A DNA stretch of 64,000 nucleotides from an uncultured virus (IMG/VR IMGVR_UViG_3300005537_000025) (taxonomy: Duplodnaviria > Heunggongvirae > Uroviricota > Caudoviricetes): IMG/VR virus record IMGVR_UViG_3300005537_000025; one strand, 5' to 3'. Both the position numbers and the translations under genes were made by a program. Position 1 is the first letter of the stretch. Every line of letters starts with the position of its first letter. Shown here in pieces: positions 9,511 to 18,776 of this stretch. The notes beneath the pieces are model-generated. The model was not told where the DNA came from, did not search any database, and was given only the letters and a program-made list of their open reading frames with translations.

Positions 9511-11142
9511 GTGACTGTCGTGGATGAGCTGCGGGGCCTGGATATGGCCGGGCTGAAAGCGGTGTATGACGCCGTCGTGGCGGAGTGTGACCGGCTGGAC
9601 CGCCTGGAGGCTGCAGGGCGGGTGCGTGAGTCAGTGGCGGAGGGGTGGCGGCTTGCCGCGCATGCGCAGTACCTGGCGGCGGAGGCGGAGTGCCGGGGGG
9701 TGCTGCTGTCCCGGGCCGGGACCGAGGCGGGGGTGGATCCGCAGGGGCTGTGGTCGGGGCCGGAGCGGAGGGCCCGGCTGTATGCGTCGCCGGAGCTGCT
9801 GGACTGGTGGGCGGTGCATCCGAGACTGACCATCACGCGGTACCAGGAGGAACTGGCTGCGTCGGCGAGAGATGAGCGTGCTGCCGCACGGGACGGGCGT
9901 GCCGCGGTGACCGCCCGCGAATGCGAGGAGGTGCCGGATGGGCAGGGAGGGGAGGGAGGGGCTGTCGTGGCTGGACATGAGGCCGGAGGACTTCGACGAG
10001 GGCTTGCTGCCGAGGAAGTACCGGGGGCTGCCGCCGGGGCTGTTCCCTGTGAGCGAGGTGCTGCCGGCCCGGGAGGTTCCGGCGGTGCCGCAGGCGGACG
10101 GCGGGCAGATGGACCTGTTCAGCGAGGAGCCGGAGCCGCAGGCCTGGATCCGTACCGGGAGGAGGCGCGGCGCCGGATAGACGTGGCCCGTGCTGTGGTG
10201 GCGGCCCGGGGGGACGGCGGGGCGATCACCGGGACGGTGGTAGCGCCGGGCGGTTCCGGCGCGGTGTGCCCGGAGGCGGCGCGGGTGCCGGGTGACCAGC
10301 TGCTCGGCCTGGTCCGCGACTGCTGGTACGGGTCGTACACGCGCCTGCCGTCCGCTGCCGCGTACGACACGGTGACGCTGTGGCTGGGCCACGCGTGGAT
10401 GCGGGACCCGGGCGGGGTGCTGGTGACCCGGGCGTCACCGCGGCTGTTCGTGCTGTCCCGGGCGGGCGGGTCGGGGAAGTCGCAGGTGCTGGAGGCGACC
10501 GGGCTGCTGTCCCCGGCATACTACGGGCTGGACCTGGAGCCGTCGTTCGCGGGCCTCGTCGCGACGGTCAGCCAGGAGCACGCGACGGTGTTCATCGACG
10601 AGGCTGACATCCTGTTCGGGGCCGGGGCACGGAAGAGTGCCGTGCGGGCCGTCATCAACGGCGGGTACACCCGCGCGGGCACGGTCCTCAACGGGACGGG
10701 GAGCAAGGCGACGCGGACCGGCGTGTTCGGCGCGATGGCGGTCGCCGGGCTGGACATGCTTGAGAAGAACGCCGGGGAGCAGATGAAGGCAACCTTGTCG
10801 CGGGGAATCCGGATACGGATGGAGCCGGCGCCGGCGGATGACCTGCCGCGCGACCTGGACGAGTACGCGGAGAGCAAGGCGGGAGAGATCCGCAGGTGGA
10901 TGGCGGTCTGGGCGGGGCAGGTCGCCGGGCAGGTCGCGAAAGCCGTCCCGGAGGTGCCGGCGGGGATCCACGGGCGTCCCGCGCAGATCTGGCGGCCTCT
11001 GCTGGCCGTCGCGGACGCGGCGGGCGGGGACTGGCCGGAACGTGCCCGTGCCGCATGCCGGGAACTCGCGGGCGCGCCGTCGCGGGATGAGACCGTGAGG
11101 GACCGGTTCGCGGGTTTCGCCGCGCAGATGCGCGGCGAGTGA
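9511..11142 (+). CDS. DUF3631-type P-loop ATPase (primase/helicase-associated) with an extra N-terminal domain; may really be two genes
   Basis: GGSGKS, VFIDEAD, INGGY, WRPLLAVADAAGGDWPERARAAC; the linker is low-complexity and overlapped by another ORF. Confidence 0.7.
   Translation: MTVVDELRGLDMAGLKAVYDAVVAECDRLDRLEAAGRVRESVAEGWRLAAHAQYLAAEAECRGVLLSRAGTEAGVDPQGLWSGPERRARLYASPELLDWWAVHPRLTITRYQEELAASARDERAAARDGRAAVTARECEEVPDGQGGEGGAVVAGHEAGGLRRGLAAEEVPGAAAGAVPCERGAAGPGGSGGAAGGRRADGPVQRGAGAAGLDPYREEARRRIDVARAVVAARGDGGAITGTVVAPGGSGAVCPEAARVPGDQLLGLVRDCWYGSYTRLPSAAAYDTVTLWLGHAWMRDPGGVLVTRASPRLFVLSRAGGSGKSQVLEATGLLSPAYYGLDLEPSFAGLVATVSQEHATVFIDEADILFGAGARKSAVRAVINGGYTRAGTVLNGTGSKATRTGVFGAMAVAGLDMLEKNAGEQMKATLSRGIRIRMEPAPADDLPRDLDEYAESKAGEIRRWMAVWAGQVAGQVAKAVPEVPAGIHGRPAQIWRPLLAVADAAGGDWPERARAACRELAGAPSRDETVRDRFAGFAAQMRGE
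9938..10180 (+). CDS. Small hypothetical protein in a different frame inside the long ORF
   Basis: GAGGAGG RBS then ATG; WLDMRPEDFD...GLFP...GQMDLF. Confidence 0.5.
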   Translation: MGREGREGLSWLDMRPEDFDEGLLPRKYRGLPPGLFPVSEVLPAREVPAVPQADGGQMDLFSEEPEPQAWIRTGRRRGAG

Positions 11143-11173
11143 ACGGGGCACGAAGGACGGGGGACGGTGCCGC

Positions 11174-11443
11174 TCAGGCGGCGCCGCTCAGGCGGCGGGT
11201 GCTCTTGCGTACCGCCCGGGGGTCCACCCCCGACCACATGATGCCCCGGTCCCGGACATGCTTCTCCGCCGCGGCCACCGCCTCGGCGGTGTGGAGCGGG
11301 TAGCCGCGCTCGTCGAGACCCTGCACGGCGAGGTAGCCCATCCGGCGCCATTTCCGGATCGTCACCGGCTCCACGCCGGCGAGCCTCGCCGCCTCGGGGG
11401 TCGTCAGGTAGCCGTCGCCGCGGGCGGGGAGCATGCTGCTCAC
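11174..11443 (-). CDS. MerR/excisionase-like HTH DNA-binding protein
   Basis: YLTTPEAARLAGVEPVTIRKWRRMGYL. Confidence 0.8.
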   Translation of the reverse strand: MSSMLPARGDGYLTTPEAARLAGVEPVTIRKWRRMGYLAVQGLDERGYPLHTAEAVAAAEKHVRDRGIMWSGVDPRAVRKSTRRLSGAA

Positions 11444-11548
11444 CTGCCCCTGCAGACAGTGATACCCCGGGACGGGTGGCGCTCCCGGGGCATGGTAATG
11501 GCTGGTGCAGCTAATGATACCGGGGTGGTCTGGGGTGCCGCAACCGGT

Positions 11549-12682
11549 TCAGGCAGCCTCGCCGGCGTGGCCGGCGTGCCCTCCCGCGCGGCACTGGCAC
11601 GCGTCCCACCGGCACTCGCCGCAGCGTCCCAGCCGGCACCTGCTGCACGGGAACGTCCCCGCGGACTGCGCCCACCGGGCATACCGGGCAGCCCACTCGT
11701 CGTACTCTTCCCGTGTCATCTCGTCACGGCACGCGGCGCACCGTGAGTGCATCGCGGGCAGCGACGGGTCAGAGGGAGGCTCGGCGAGCTCCAGTGCCAT
11801 CTGGTCGCAGTCCTGGCGGCGGCACGGGACCCCGTCGAGCCGGACCCTCGGCGCGGGGACGCAGCCGGCGAGCCGGCGGCCGCGGTAATGCAGCTCGAGG
11901 ATCTCCAGCCCGGCTGACCGGCCGTCCCGCCGGGTCATGACCCTGACCCACCCGTCGCCGCACACGGTGATCTCGTCATCGCCGATCTGCGCGGCGAGGT
12001 CGTCCGGTACCGGGCCCGGCGTCACGGCACCCGGGATCCGGCCCGGGTCGTGGTCGCAGAACGCCGCGGCACCGTCCAGTGCCCACCACCAGCCTGAGAC
12101 GGGACTGCGGGTGACTGCCCGCCCGCACAGGCGGCAGGTGCCGCGGGAGCGGACGACCCCGCCGTCCCGGCCGGCGGGCAGGCTGTAGGTGCGGGTCGTC
12201 CAGCCTGGCTGCAGCGCCAGCAGCGGCACCGTGTACAGCGCCAGGTCCCGGCAGTCGGCAGCGAGCCGCTCCGCCGTCCCCGGCATGCTGCCAGGTTCGG
12301 TGATGCCGAGGCCCGGGACGGCACGGACCCGGGCCGCCCAGCCGCCGAGCAGTGCCGCCGCCTCGCGCTGCAGCGCGTCGGCCGCGACGGCGGCGTTCAC
12401 CCTCGGCCCGGGCGGTACCCGGCGCCCGGGACGGCCAGGGCGGGCCAGCACGCGGGTACGCGGGTCGGCGAGCAGCCCGATCAGCGCCGGGATCTGCGTG
12501 GCCTGCTGCCTGATGACGCCGGTGTCGGACGAGCAGAACGCCTGCCAGGTGAGAGCGGGGCGCCACACGCCGTCCTGGTCCCGGGTCCTGGACGAGCACC
12601 AGTCGCCGCGGCCGCACTCCTGCTGCTCGCCCCCGTCAGCTGCGGGCCGGCGCGGAAGGGACCCTGAACGCAAGCGCGGCAT
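11549..12682 (-). CDS. Cys-rich zinc-ribbon phage protein, possible late-gene regulator
   Basis: Several CxxC pairs; located upstream of the HTH/terS-like genes on the same strand. Confidence 0.55.
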   Translation of the reverse strand: MPRLRSGSLPRRPAADGGEQQECGRGDWCSSRTRDQDGVWRPALTWQAFCSSDTGVIRQQATQIPALIGLLADPRTRVLARPGRPGRRVPPGPRVNAAVAADALQREAAALLGGWAARVRAVPGLGITEPGSMPGTAERLAADCRDLALYTVPLLALQPGWTTRTYSLPAGRDGGVVRSRGTCRLCGRAVTRSPVSGWWWALDGAAAFCDHDPGRIPGAVTPGPVPDDLAAQIGDDEITVCGDGWVRVMTRRDGRSAGLEILELHYRGRRLAGCVPAPRVRLDGVPCRRQDCDQMALELAEPPSDPSLPAMHSRCAACRDEMTREEYDEWAARYARWAQSAGTFPCSRCRLGRCGECRWDACQCRAGGHAGHAGEAA

Positions 12683-12750
12683 GCGCCCATGATGACCTGC
12701 CGGGACAGGAGACGCAAAGGCCGCCGACGGCCGGGACGGTTCCGGGCGTG

Positions 12751-12906
12751 TCAGGCGGCGAGCTGCGCGTCCGCCTGGTCCCGTCTATCCTGCGGTTCCC
12801 GGTCCTCCTGGCGGGGCTCGTCGTTGCGCGGCGAGTCAAGTTCCGGCATGAAGACGATGAGCAGGATCGCGGCGGACATGGCGATGAGCAGTACGGCGGT
12901 GATCAC
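12751..12906 (-). CDS. 51-aa membrane peptide
   Basis: Manual translation MITAVLLIAMSAAILLIVFMPELDSPRNDEP...; below the ORF-track size cutoff. Confidence 0.45.
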   Translation of the reverse strand: MITAVLLIAMSAAILLIVFMPELDSPRNDEPRQEDREPQDRRDQADAQLAA

Positions 12907-13056
12907 GGGGAGACAGCACCGATCAGGGGGGACTGGCAGGCAGATGGGCGCGAGTGCGCTATGTCAATCCTACCGGCGCGGCTGCTGTACATGGACGGGC
13001 AGGCCGGTGAGCCGCCGGGTCGCCAGGGAGAATCCGGAGAATTAGCGGCAGAATTT

Positions 13057-13088
13057 CTGTAGACAGATATTGTGTTTTGGTCTACAGT
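13057..13088 (+). promoter_or_regulatory. Promoter TAGACA-17-TACAGT overlapped by the inverted repeat CTGTAGAC-N15-GTCTACAG; leaderless start at 13096
   Basis: Direct inspection; AT-rich island. Confidence 0.7.
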
Positions 13089-13095
13089 AATGGTT

Positions 13096-13446
13096 ATGAG
13101 GATGTACCACGGCAGCAGCAGCCAGACACCAGCTCTCCACGAGGGCCTGTGCCTCGCCGAGGACGACGACGCGGCCCGCGACTACGCGTTCGCCGCCTGT
13201 CAGGCCCACTACCTGCACACCGTGGACATCGACCTCACCGGCCTCGTCGTCATCGATGCCCCTGGCGACTGGGACCGCGACGAGAACACCGCCGCCTCCG
13301 ACTTCGGCGGCAGCTACGGCGCCGACGTCATCGTCTACGACGACGAGACCCCGGTGAACCGCCGGCACGTCACCTACCGGCTCATGACCCCCGCCGCGCT
13401 CGCCGCCGTCACCGTGACCGGCACCTGCGACGCCGGAGACTTCTGA
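13096..13446 (+). CDS. Hypothetical protein, possible ADP-ribosyltransferase-like fold
   Basis: MYHGS...GLCLA.D...A..YA...GADVIVYDD spacing resembles ART-fold proteins. Confidence 0.45.
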   Translation: MRMYHGSSSQTPALHEGLCLAEDDDAARDYAFAACQAHYLHTVDIDLTGLVVIDAPGDWDRDENTAASDFGGSYGADVIVYDDETPVNRRHVTYRLMTPAALAAVTVTGTCDAGDF

Positions 13447-13458
13447 GGAGAACGCCCC

Positions 13459-13890
13459 ATGGCCACGTACATCTACCGCGAGGACAGCGGATACGACGAG
13501 CGGTTCGAGGCCGCGAACGAGGCTGCCGCCGAAGCGCACGCCCTGGAACTGCTCCGCACCGGAGACTACGGCCAGGAGCAGTCAGGCAGGACGTTCCGTG
13601 TCCGCGCCCAGGTCACCCGCGTCGAGACCGGCGAAGACGGCGGCGAGTACCAGGCCGGCTGGCGTACCGTGACGCACACATTCCAGCCGGCCGAGCCCGC
13701 GTGCACTCCGGCTGACGCAGCGCACGACTGGCAGGAGGAAAGCGTCCGGGGCAGCGGCGGCGGCGTCCTCATCCGCGAGTCCTGCGGCTGCTGCGACCTC
13801 GTCCGGCTCACCGACACGTGGGGCAGCGACCCGGTTACCGGTGAGGTCATGGAGACCGTCACCTACAAGCACGCCGCGGCCTCCCTGTGA
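13459..13890 (+). CDS. Hypothetical protein
   Basis: GAGGAG RBS; GC3 bias. Confidence 0.7.
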   Translation: MATYIYREDSGYDERFEAANEAAAEAHALELLRTGDYGQEQSGRTFRVRAQVTRVETGEDGGEYQAGWRTVTHTFQPAEPACTPADAAHDWQEESVRGSGGGVLIRESCGCCDLVRLTDTWGSDPVTGEVMETVTYKHAAASL

Positions 13891-14459
13891 CCGCCGTCGG
13901 GCACCGCAAGCGCGGGCGCCCGGCCGCCGGCTCAGTGCGGGTCGAGTTCCGCGCCAGCGCAGAGACCGGCCGGTGGCTCGCGTCCCGGATGGGCCGCATG
14001 CCGCGCGCCCAGATCGTGTCGAAGAACACCCAGGCAGCGACCGAGATCGGCCTGTGGCGGGCAGTCCTGGCCGCCGAGCTTGCCCGGATCCGGCTCTCCC
14101 TGCCGCAGGCGATCGCAGTCGCGGAGGTGCTGAACTCTCCGGACATCGAGCCGGCTGTCAGCACCGGGATCGGCATGGTATTCGCCCAGTGTCACGACGC
14201 GTTCCGCCTCGCCAGGTCCGGGCCGGCCGGGGACTGCAGCAGCTACGGCCGCAAGCACGGCTTTGACGAGTCCGTCCTGCTGGATTACCTCGGGTCGCTG
14301 GGCCCGGCAGCGGATCACGCCCTGGCCGACGCGATCTCCCGCTGGTGGCAGGACGTCCAGCCGCGTGACGGCGGGCAGTGGCGGGACCCTGACGACGGGT
14401 TCCGGGCGGACAGCGCGGAGGGATTCGCCGCGGCAGGACTGCGGGTTACGGAGCAGTGA
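13887..14459 (+). CDS. Hypothetical protein, possible cassette repressor (RHH-like N-terminus)
   Basis: GTGA-coupled; VRVEFRAS N-terminus. Confidence 0.55.
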   Translation: MTAVGHRKRGRPAAGSVRVEFRASAETGRWLASRMGRMPRAQIVSKNTQAATEIGLWRAVLAAELARIRLSLPQAIAVAEVLNSPDIEPAVSTGIGMVFAQCHDAFRLARSGPAGDCSSYGRKHGFDESVLLDYLGSLGPAADHALADAISRWWQDVQPRDGGQWRDPDDGFRADSAEGFAAAGLRVTEQ

Positions 14460-17437
14460 CCCGGTCCGCGCAGCCGCTGTGGCCGCACCAGGCGGACGCC
14501 GTCAGGGCCGCCTCGGCTGCCCTCGCGAGCGGGGGAAGGTGCCAGGTGATCATGGCGTGCGGCACCGGGAAGACCCTGGTCGGAGCTGAGGTGTCCCGGC
14601 TGGTAGCTGCGTCAGGGAAAGTCCTGGTCGTGGTCCCGACGCTGGACCTGCTCGCACAGACCGCCCGGGTGTACGCCGCATGGCTGGGGGAAAACGCCGG
14701 GGTGATCGGCGCCGCCTGCTCGGATCACTCCGCGCAGGCCGAAGCGGCGCGGCTGCGGCCGGCGCTGGCGCACCTGAACGGCGGGGTGTCCACCGATCCT
14801 GGCGGCATCGCGGCATGGCTCCGGAGCGGCAGGCGGGTCACGGTGTTCACCACCTACAGCTCGCTGCCCGCAGTCGCCGCCGCGCATACCGCGCCCGGTG
14901 TTCCCGGATGGGACCTGGCCGTGATCGACGAGGCGCACCGGGCGGCGGGCCGTACCGACCGGGCCTGGAACGTCATCAACTACGACACGGCCATCCCGGC
15001 GGCACGGCGGCTCTACATGACGGCGACGCCCCGGATCATGTCGTCGGAACGATACGAGACAGTCAGCATGGACAAGGAGGCAGTGTTCGGGCCGGAAGTG
15101 TTCCGGCTGGCCTTCGCTGACGCGATCGAGGCGGGACTGCTGGCCGACTACAGGGTCGCCGTGGTGGTCGTCACTGACGCGGAGGTCGCGCGCCTGACCG
15201 CGCCGGCCGCGAACCGGATCGTATCGGCGGACGGGCCGCCGGTCACCGCCGGGATGCTCGCCGCCCAGATCGCGGCACTCAAAGCCTCGGCACAGTGGAA
15301 CCTGCGGCGCGTGATCACCTACCACTCCAGGGTGGCGACCGCGCACCGGTTCGCGGAAACCCTGCTGAATGCCGCCGGCCTGCTGCCCGCCGGCGAGAGG
15401 CCCGCGATCGTCGCAGCGCAGGCGGTGGACGGGCAGATGCCGCCCTGGCAGCGCCGCGACATCCTGCGGCACCTGGACCACCCGCGCGACCGGACTGTGG
15501 TGGTGAGCAACTGCCAGGTACTTGCCGAGGGAGTGGACATCCCGGAGCTGGACGCGGTGCTGTTCGCCGATCCCCGTGACTCCGCGACCGACGTGGTCCA
15601 GGCGGTCGGGCGTGCGCTCCGGCGCGGTACGGCGGAGGGGAAGATCGCGACGGTCATCGTGCCTGTCCTCCTGAATGCGGCCGAGAACCCTGAGGCGGCG
15701 CTGGAAGGGTCGCAGTTCGACACGGTATGGCGGGTCGTGCGGGCACTGCGGTCGCATGACGAGCGGCTCAGCGACTGGCTCGACGAGGGCCGCGTCCGAG
15801 TCACCGCCTGGGGGGCGAGGGAGGGGAAGGGCGGGATCCTGGATGCGCCGCAGTGGCTGAGCCTGGCCGGGCAGCCGGTCACGGCCGCGTTCGCCCGCGC
15901 GCTGGAACTCAGGCTGCTGAATGCGACCACGAGCCGGTGGCTGGACGGGTACGCCCGCGCCGTCGCCTGGCGTGCCGGGCACGGGCACCTGCGCGTTCCC
16001 GTCGACCAGCCGGAACCTGACGGGTACCTGCTCGGCCGGTGGATCGCGGGCCAGCGGACAGCGCGCAAGCGGGGAGAGCTCCCGCCTGACAGGGTCGCGA
16101 AGCTCGACGAGCTAGGCATGGTCTGGGACATGGGGGCCGTGCACGCGGAAGCCGCCTGGCAGGCAGGCATCCGGGCGGCTGCCGCGTACCGGGCGGAGCA
16201 CGGCCATCTTGACGTCCCGCAGCGGTATGCCGCTGACGACGGGTTCCGTCTCGGCACGTGGATCGACAGCCGGCGTGATGACTACCGGGCCGGGAAGCTC
16301 GCATCCGGCCGTGCCGCGGCCCTGGAAGCGCTCGGCATGCGGTGGGACCTGGGAGACGCGTGGGAGCGGAACCTCGCTGCCGCGCGCGAGTACCACGCCG
16401 TCCACGGGCACATCAACGTCCCGTCCGGGCACCCTCCGGTCAGCGGCGTGAAGCTCGGCACGTGGATCGTCATGCTGCGCGGCCAGTACCGGAAGGGCGA
16501 GCTGGCTGCGGAGCGCGCGGCCGTCCTGGAACGGCTCAGGATCGACTGGAGCCCGAGATGGACATGGGATGACAACCTGGAGGCGCTCCGGGAGTTCATC
16601 GCGGAGCACGGTCACTGCGTCCTCCCGCGCGATTACCGGACGCCTCGGGGCATCAGGCTGAGCCCATGGCTCACCGGCGCCCGGAAGCAGTGGCGTTCCG
16701 GGATGCTCGCCCCCGCCAGGACGGCGGCGCTCGAGGAACTCGGGGTGCCGCTGGACCCGGGCGAGCCGTCCTGGCTTGACGGGCTGGAGGACTGCCGCGA
16801 TTTCCGCCGCGAGCACGGTCACCTGCGCATCCCGCACCCTGCGGCCGGCAAGCGGATCAAGGCGCTCGGCTCATGGCTGAGCAACCGCCGCAAAGATTAT
16901 GCCGCCGGGAGGCTCGCGCCAGACAGGGCAGCCGCGCTGGAAGAACTCGGGATCGAATGGGGCAGCCCGCGAGACCGCGACCAGTCCGAGATGATCGCGG
17001 CGCTGCGTGCGTACCGCGCCGAGAACGGGAACGCGGACGTGCCGTACCGGTACGTAACGGCTGATGGCCTGCGGCTCGGGCAATGGCTTCGCAACAAGAA
17101 AGCCCAGCTCGCACGCGGGGACACGGTGCTGCCCGCCACGCGCGAGGCACTGGAGGAACTACGGGTGCGGTGGCACCCGCCCAGGAGGCGGAATCAGCCC
17201 GGGATGATCGCGGCGCTGCGCGCCTGGCACGCCGAGAACGGGCACGCTATGGTGCCCGGCACGTATGTCACGCCGGATGGCCTGAAGCTGGGGCAGTGGC
17301 TGGCGAACAAGAAGGCGGTCGTCCGCCGCGGCGGGAAGATTCATCCCGAGGCCCAGGAGGTGCTCACGGAACTAGGGGTGACCTGGGTGCCCGGCGATAT
17401 GCCGCGTCAGCCGGATAACCGGTCATCACTACAGTGA
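14456..17437 (+). CDS. SF2 DEAH-box helicase with seven C-terminal helicase-associated (HA) repeats (TtrA-like)
   Basis: MACGTGKT, VIDEAH, MTATP, LAEGVDIP, QAVGRALR; seven repeats of the type W...A.AYRAEHGHLDVP...LG.W...R...L.ELG..W. Confidence 0.9.
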   Translation: MTRSAQPLWPHQADAVRAASAALASGGRCQVIMACGTGKTLVGAEVSRLVAASGKVLVVVPTLDLLAQTARVYAAWLGENAGVIGAACSDHSAQAEAARLRPALAHLNGGVSTDPGGIAAWLRSGRRVTVFTTYSSLPAVAAAHTAPGVPGWDLAVIDEAHRAAGRTDRAWNVINYDTAIPAARRLYMTATPRIMSSERYETVSMDKEAVFGPEVFRLAFADAIEAGLLADYRVAVVVVTDAEVARLTAPAANRIVSADGPPVTAGMLAAQIAALKASAQWNLRRVITYHSRVATAHRFAETLLNAAGLLPAGERPAIVAAQAVDGQMPPWQRRDILRHLDHPRDRTVVVSNCQVLAEGVDIPELDAVLFADPRDSATDVVQAVGRALRRGTAEGKIATVIVPVLLNAAENPEAALEGSQFDTVWRVVRALRSHDERLSDWLDEGRVRVTAWGAREGKGGILDAPQWLSLAGQPVTAAFARALELRLLNATTSRWLDGYARAVAWRAGHGHLRVPVDQPEPDGYLLGRWIAGQRTARKRGELPPDRVAKLDELGMVWDMGAVHAEAAWQAGIRAAAAYRAEHGHLDVPQRYAADDGFRLGTWIDSRRDDYRAGKLASGRAAALEALGMRWDLGDAWERNLAAAREYHAVHGHINVPSGHPPVSGVKLGTWIVMLRGQYRKGELAAERAAVLERLRIDWSPRWTWDDNLEALREFIAEHGHCVLPRDYRTPRGIRLSPWLTGARKQWRSGMLAPARTAALEELGVPLDPGEPSWLDGLEDCRDFRREHGHLRIPHPAAGKRIKALGSWLSNRRKDYAAGRLAPDRAAALEELGIEWGSPRDRDQSEMIAALRAYRAENGNADVPYRYVTADGLRLGQWLRNKKAQLARGDTVLPATREALEELRVRWHPPRRRNQPGMIAALRAWHAENGHAMVPGTYVTPDGLKLGQWLANKKAVVRRGGKIHPEAQEVLTELGVTWVPGDMPRQPDNRSSLQ

Positions 17438-18693
17438 TTCGCAGTGCGGGCTGCCCGGACAGCAGCTATGGCCTCCTCATCGGGAGGCAGGTAAGACCGG
17501 CGGTAGTGCGGAACCGGGTCGGGGACCGGGATGCCGACATGCTGGAAGCTGTGGAGGGTCCGGCCGTTGCGGTCGTAGTACTCACCGGATTCGCCATCCG
17601 CGGTGATGCCGAGCTGTTCCATCTCGGCAACGGTCAGCTCGCTGACGTACGCGTCGCGGACGGTGGCGACCTCGTACCCGGTCGCCGCGTGGTCCGGGAA
17701 GGCCGCCTCGAGTTCTTCCGCCAGCTCCACGAAACGGTCCTGCCAGTCCAGCGGCATCGACTGCATGTGGGTCCGGTGCCACACCAGGAAGTTCGCGTAG
17801 CTGAGGCTGAACCACAGGTTCACCGGGCCGTCGGTGCGCTCGTATGGCTGCCCGGTCTCTGTCGTGGTCATGGGTCTGCTCCTCTGTAATTTGGCCGTCG
17901 CCGCGAGGTCTTCCCTGGCGCGCTGGACAGTGCGCTCCGACACGCCAGTTTTCTTCGCCACTTCGGCGTCAGTCAGTGCCGGGTTGCGGCGCAGCGTGGT
18001 GACGGCGCGGGCGCGTGCTGACGGCTGGCGGTGGCGGCGTTCGCGGCGGTCCCTGTCCGCCACGCTGTCCGGCATTCTGGCCAAGTCTCTGTCCGGCAGG
18101 TTGTCAGAGCCGGCCTGGGCATCTGCCGTTTTGCTGTCGCCTTCGGCGCCGGTTTCTGTCCGGCCGGCTGTCCGGTGTTCTGTCTGCTCTACTGCCGGTG
18201 CCGTGGCGGCATGGCGTGCGTCACGCACGAACCGGACGGCCATCTCAACCGAGCCTACGAACGCGACGGCAGGCCATGCGCTGACCAGTGCGCCAGCAAC
18301 GCCAAAGGGCAGGCCATACGCCACGTTGGCGGCGACGGTGGCTCCGACGCCGGTTGCCAGCATGGCGCGCGCCAGCCACGGCACCGAGAGCCTGTTTCTT
18401 GCCGCGTGGAGCATGACAAGAGACGCGGCGGCGATCAGCCCGTCGACCGACAGCGGCAGCAGCCGCGCGGCAGTGCCATCCTGGCCGTGGTGGCGTCCGA
18501 GGAAGAAGATATGGCTGTAGCTGATCACTGCCGCAAAGCTTGCGACCGCCAGGACCACGAAGGCGGTCAGCAGGCGTATCACCGTGTCGCCGTCGATGGC
18601 GGTCCTGGCGTCGTCCTGCTTGCGCTGAGGCCACGCCAGCGTCTCGCCTTTGCGCCAGAAGCGCGGCGGGTTCGGGAGCGTAAGGGGTGCCAT
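17407..18693 (-). CDS. DUF2637/SpdA-like membrane protein with C-terminal HTH, in frame with a downstream phage protein (own RBS and ATG at 17871)
   Basis: AAVISYSHI...ARLLPLSVDGLIAAASL; TDAEVAKKTGVSERTVQRAR; then MTTTETG...WFSLSYANFLVW.R..MQSMP..WQ. Confidence 0.75.
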   Translation of the reverse strand: MAPLTLPNPPRFWRKGETLAWPQRKQDDARTAIDGDTVIRLLTAFVVLAVASFAAVISYSHIFFLGRHHGQDGTAARLLPLSVDGLIAAASLVMLHAARNRLSVPWLARAMLATGVGATVAANVAYGLPFGVAGALVSAWPAVAFVGSVEMAVRFVRDARHAATAPAVEQTEHRTAGRTETGAEGDSKTADAQAGSDNLPDRDLARMPDSVADRDRRERRHRQPSARARAVTTLRRNPALTDAEVAKKTGVSERTVQRAREDLAATAKLQRSRPMTTTETGQPYERTDGPVNLWFSLSYANFLVWHRTHMQSMPLDWQDRFVELAEELEAAFPDHAATGYEVATVRDAYVSELTVAEMEQLGITADGESGEYYDRNGRTLHSFQHVGIPVPDPVPHYRRSYLPPDEEAIAAVRAARTANHCSDDRLSG

Positions 18694-18728
18694 GTCAGGT
18701 GTCCTCGGGTTGTCGTCTTCGGGGCGGT

Positions 18729-18769
18729 TCCCGCACCCGCCCGGAAGCGGGGACCGGGCGGGTGCGGGA
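18729..18769 (-). terminator. 16-bp GC stem-loop downstream of mIHF
   Basis: TCCCGCACCCGCCCGG (18729-18744) / CCGGGCGGGTGCGGGA (18754-18769). Confidence 0.6.
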
Positions 18770-18776
18770 TGGAGGG

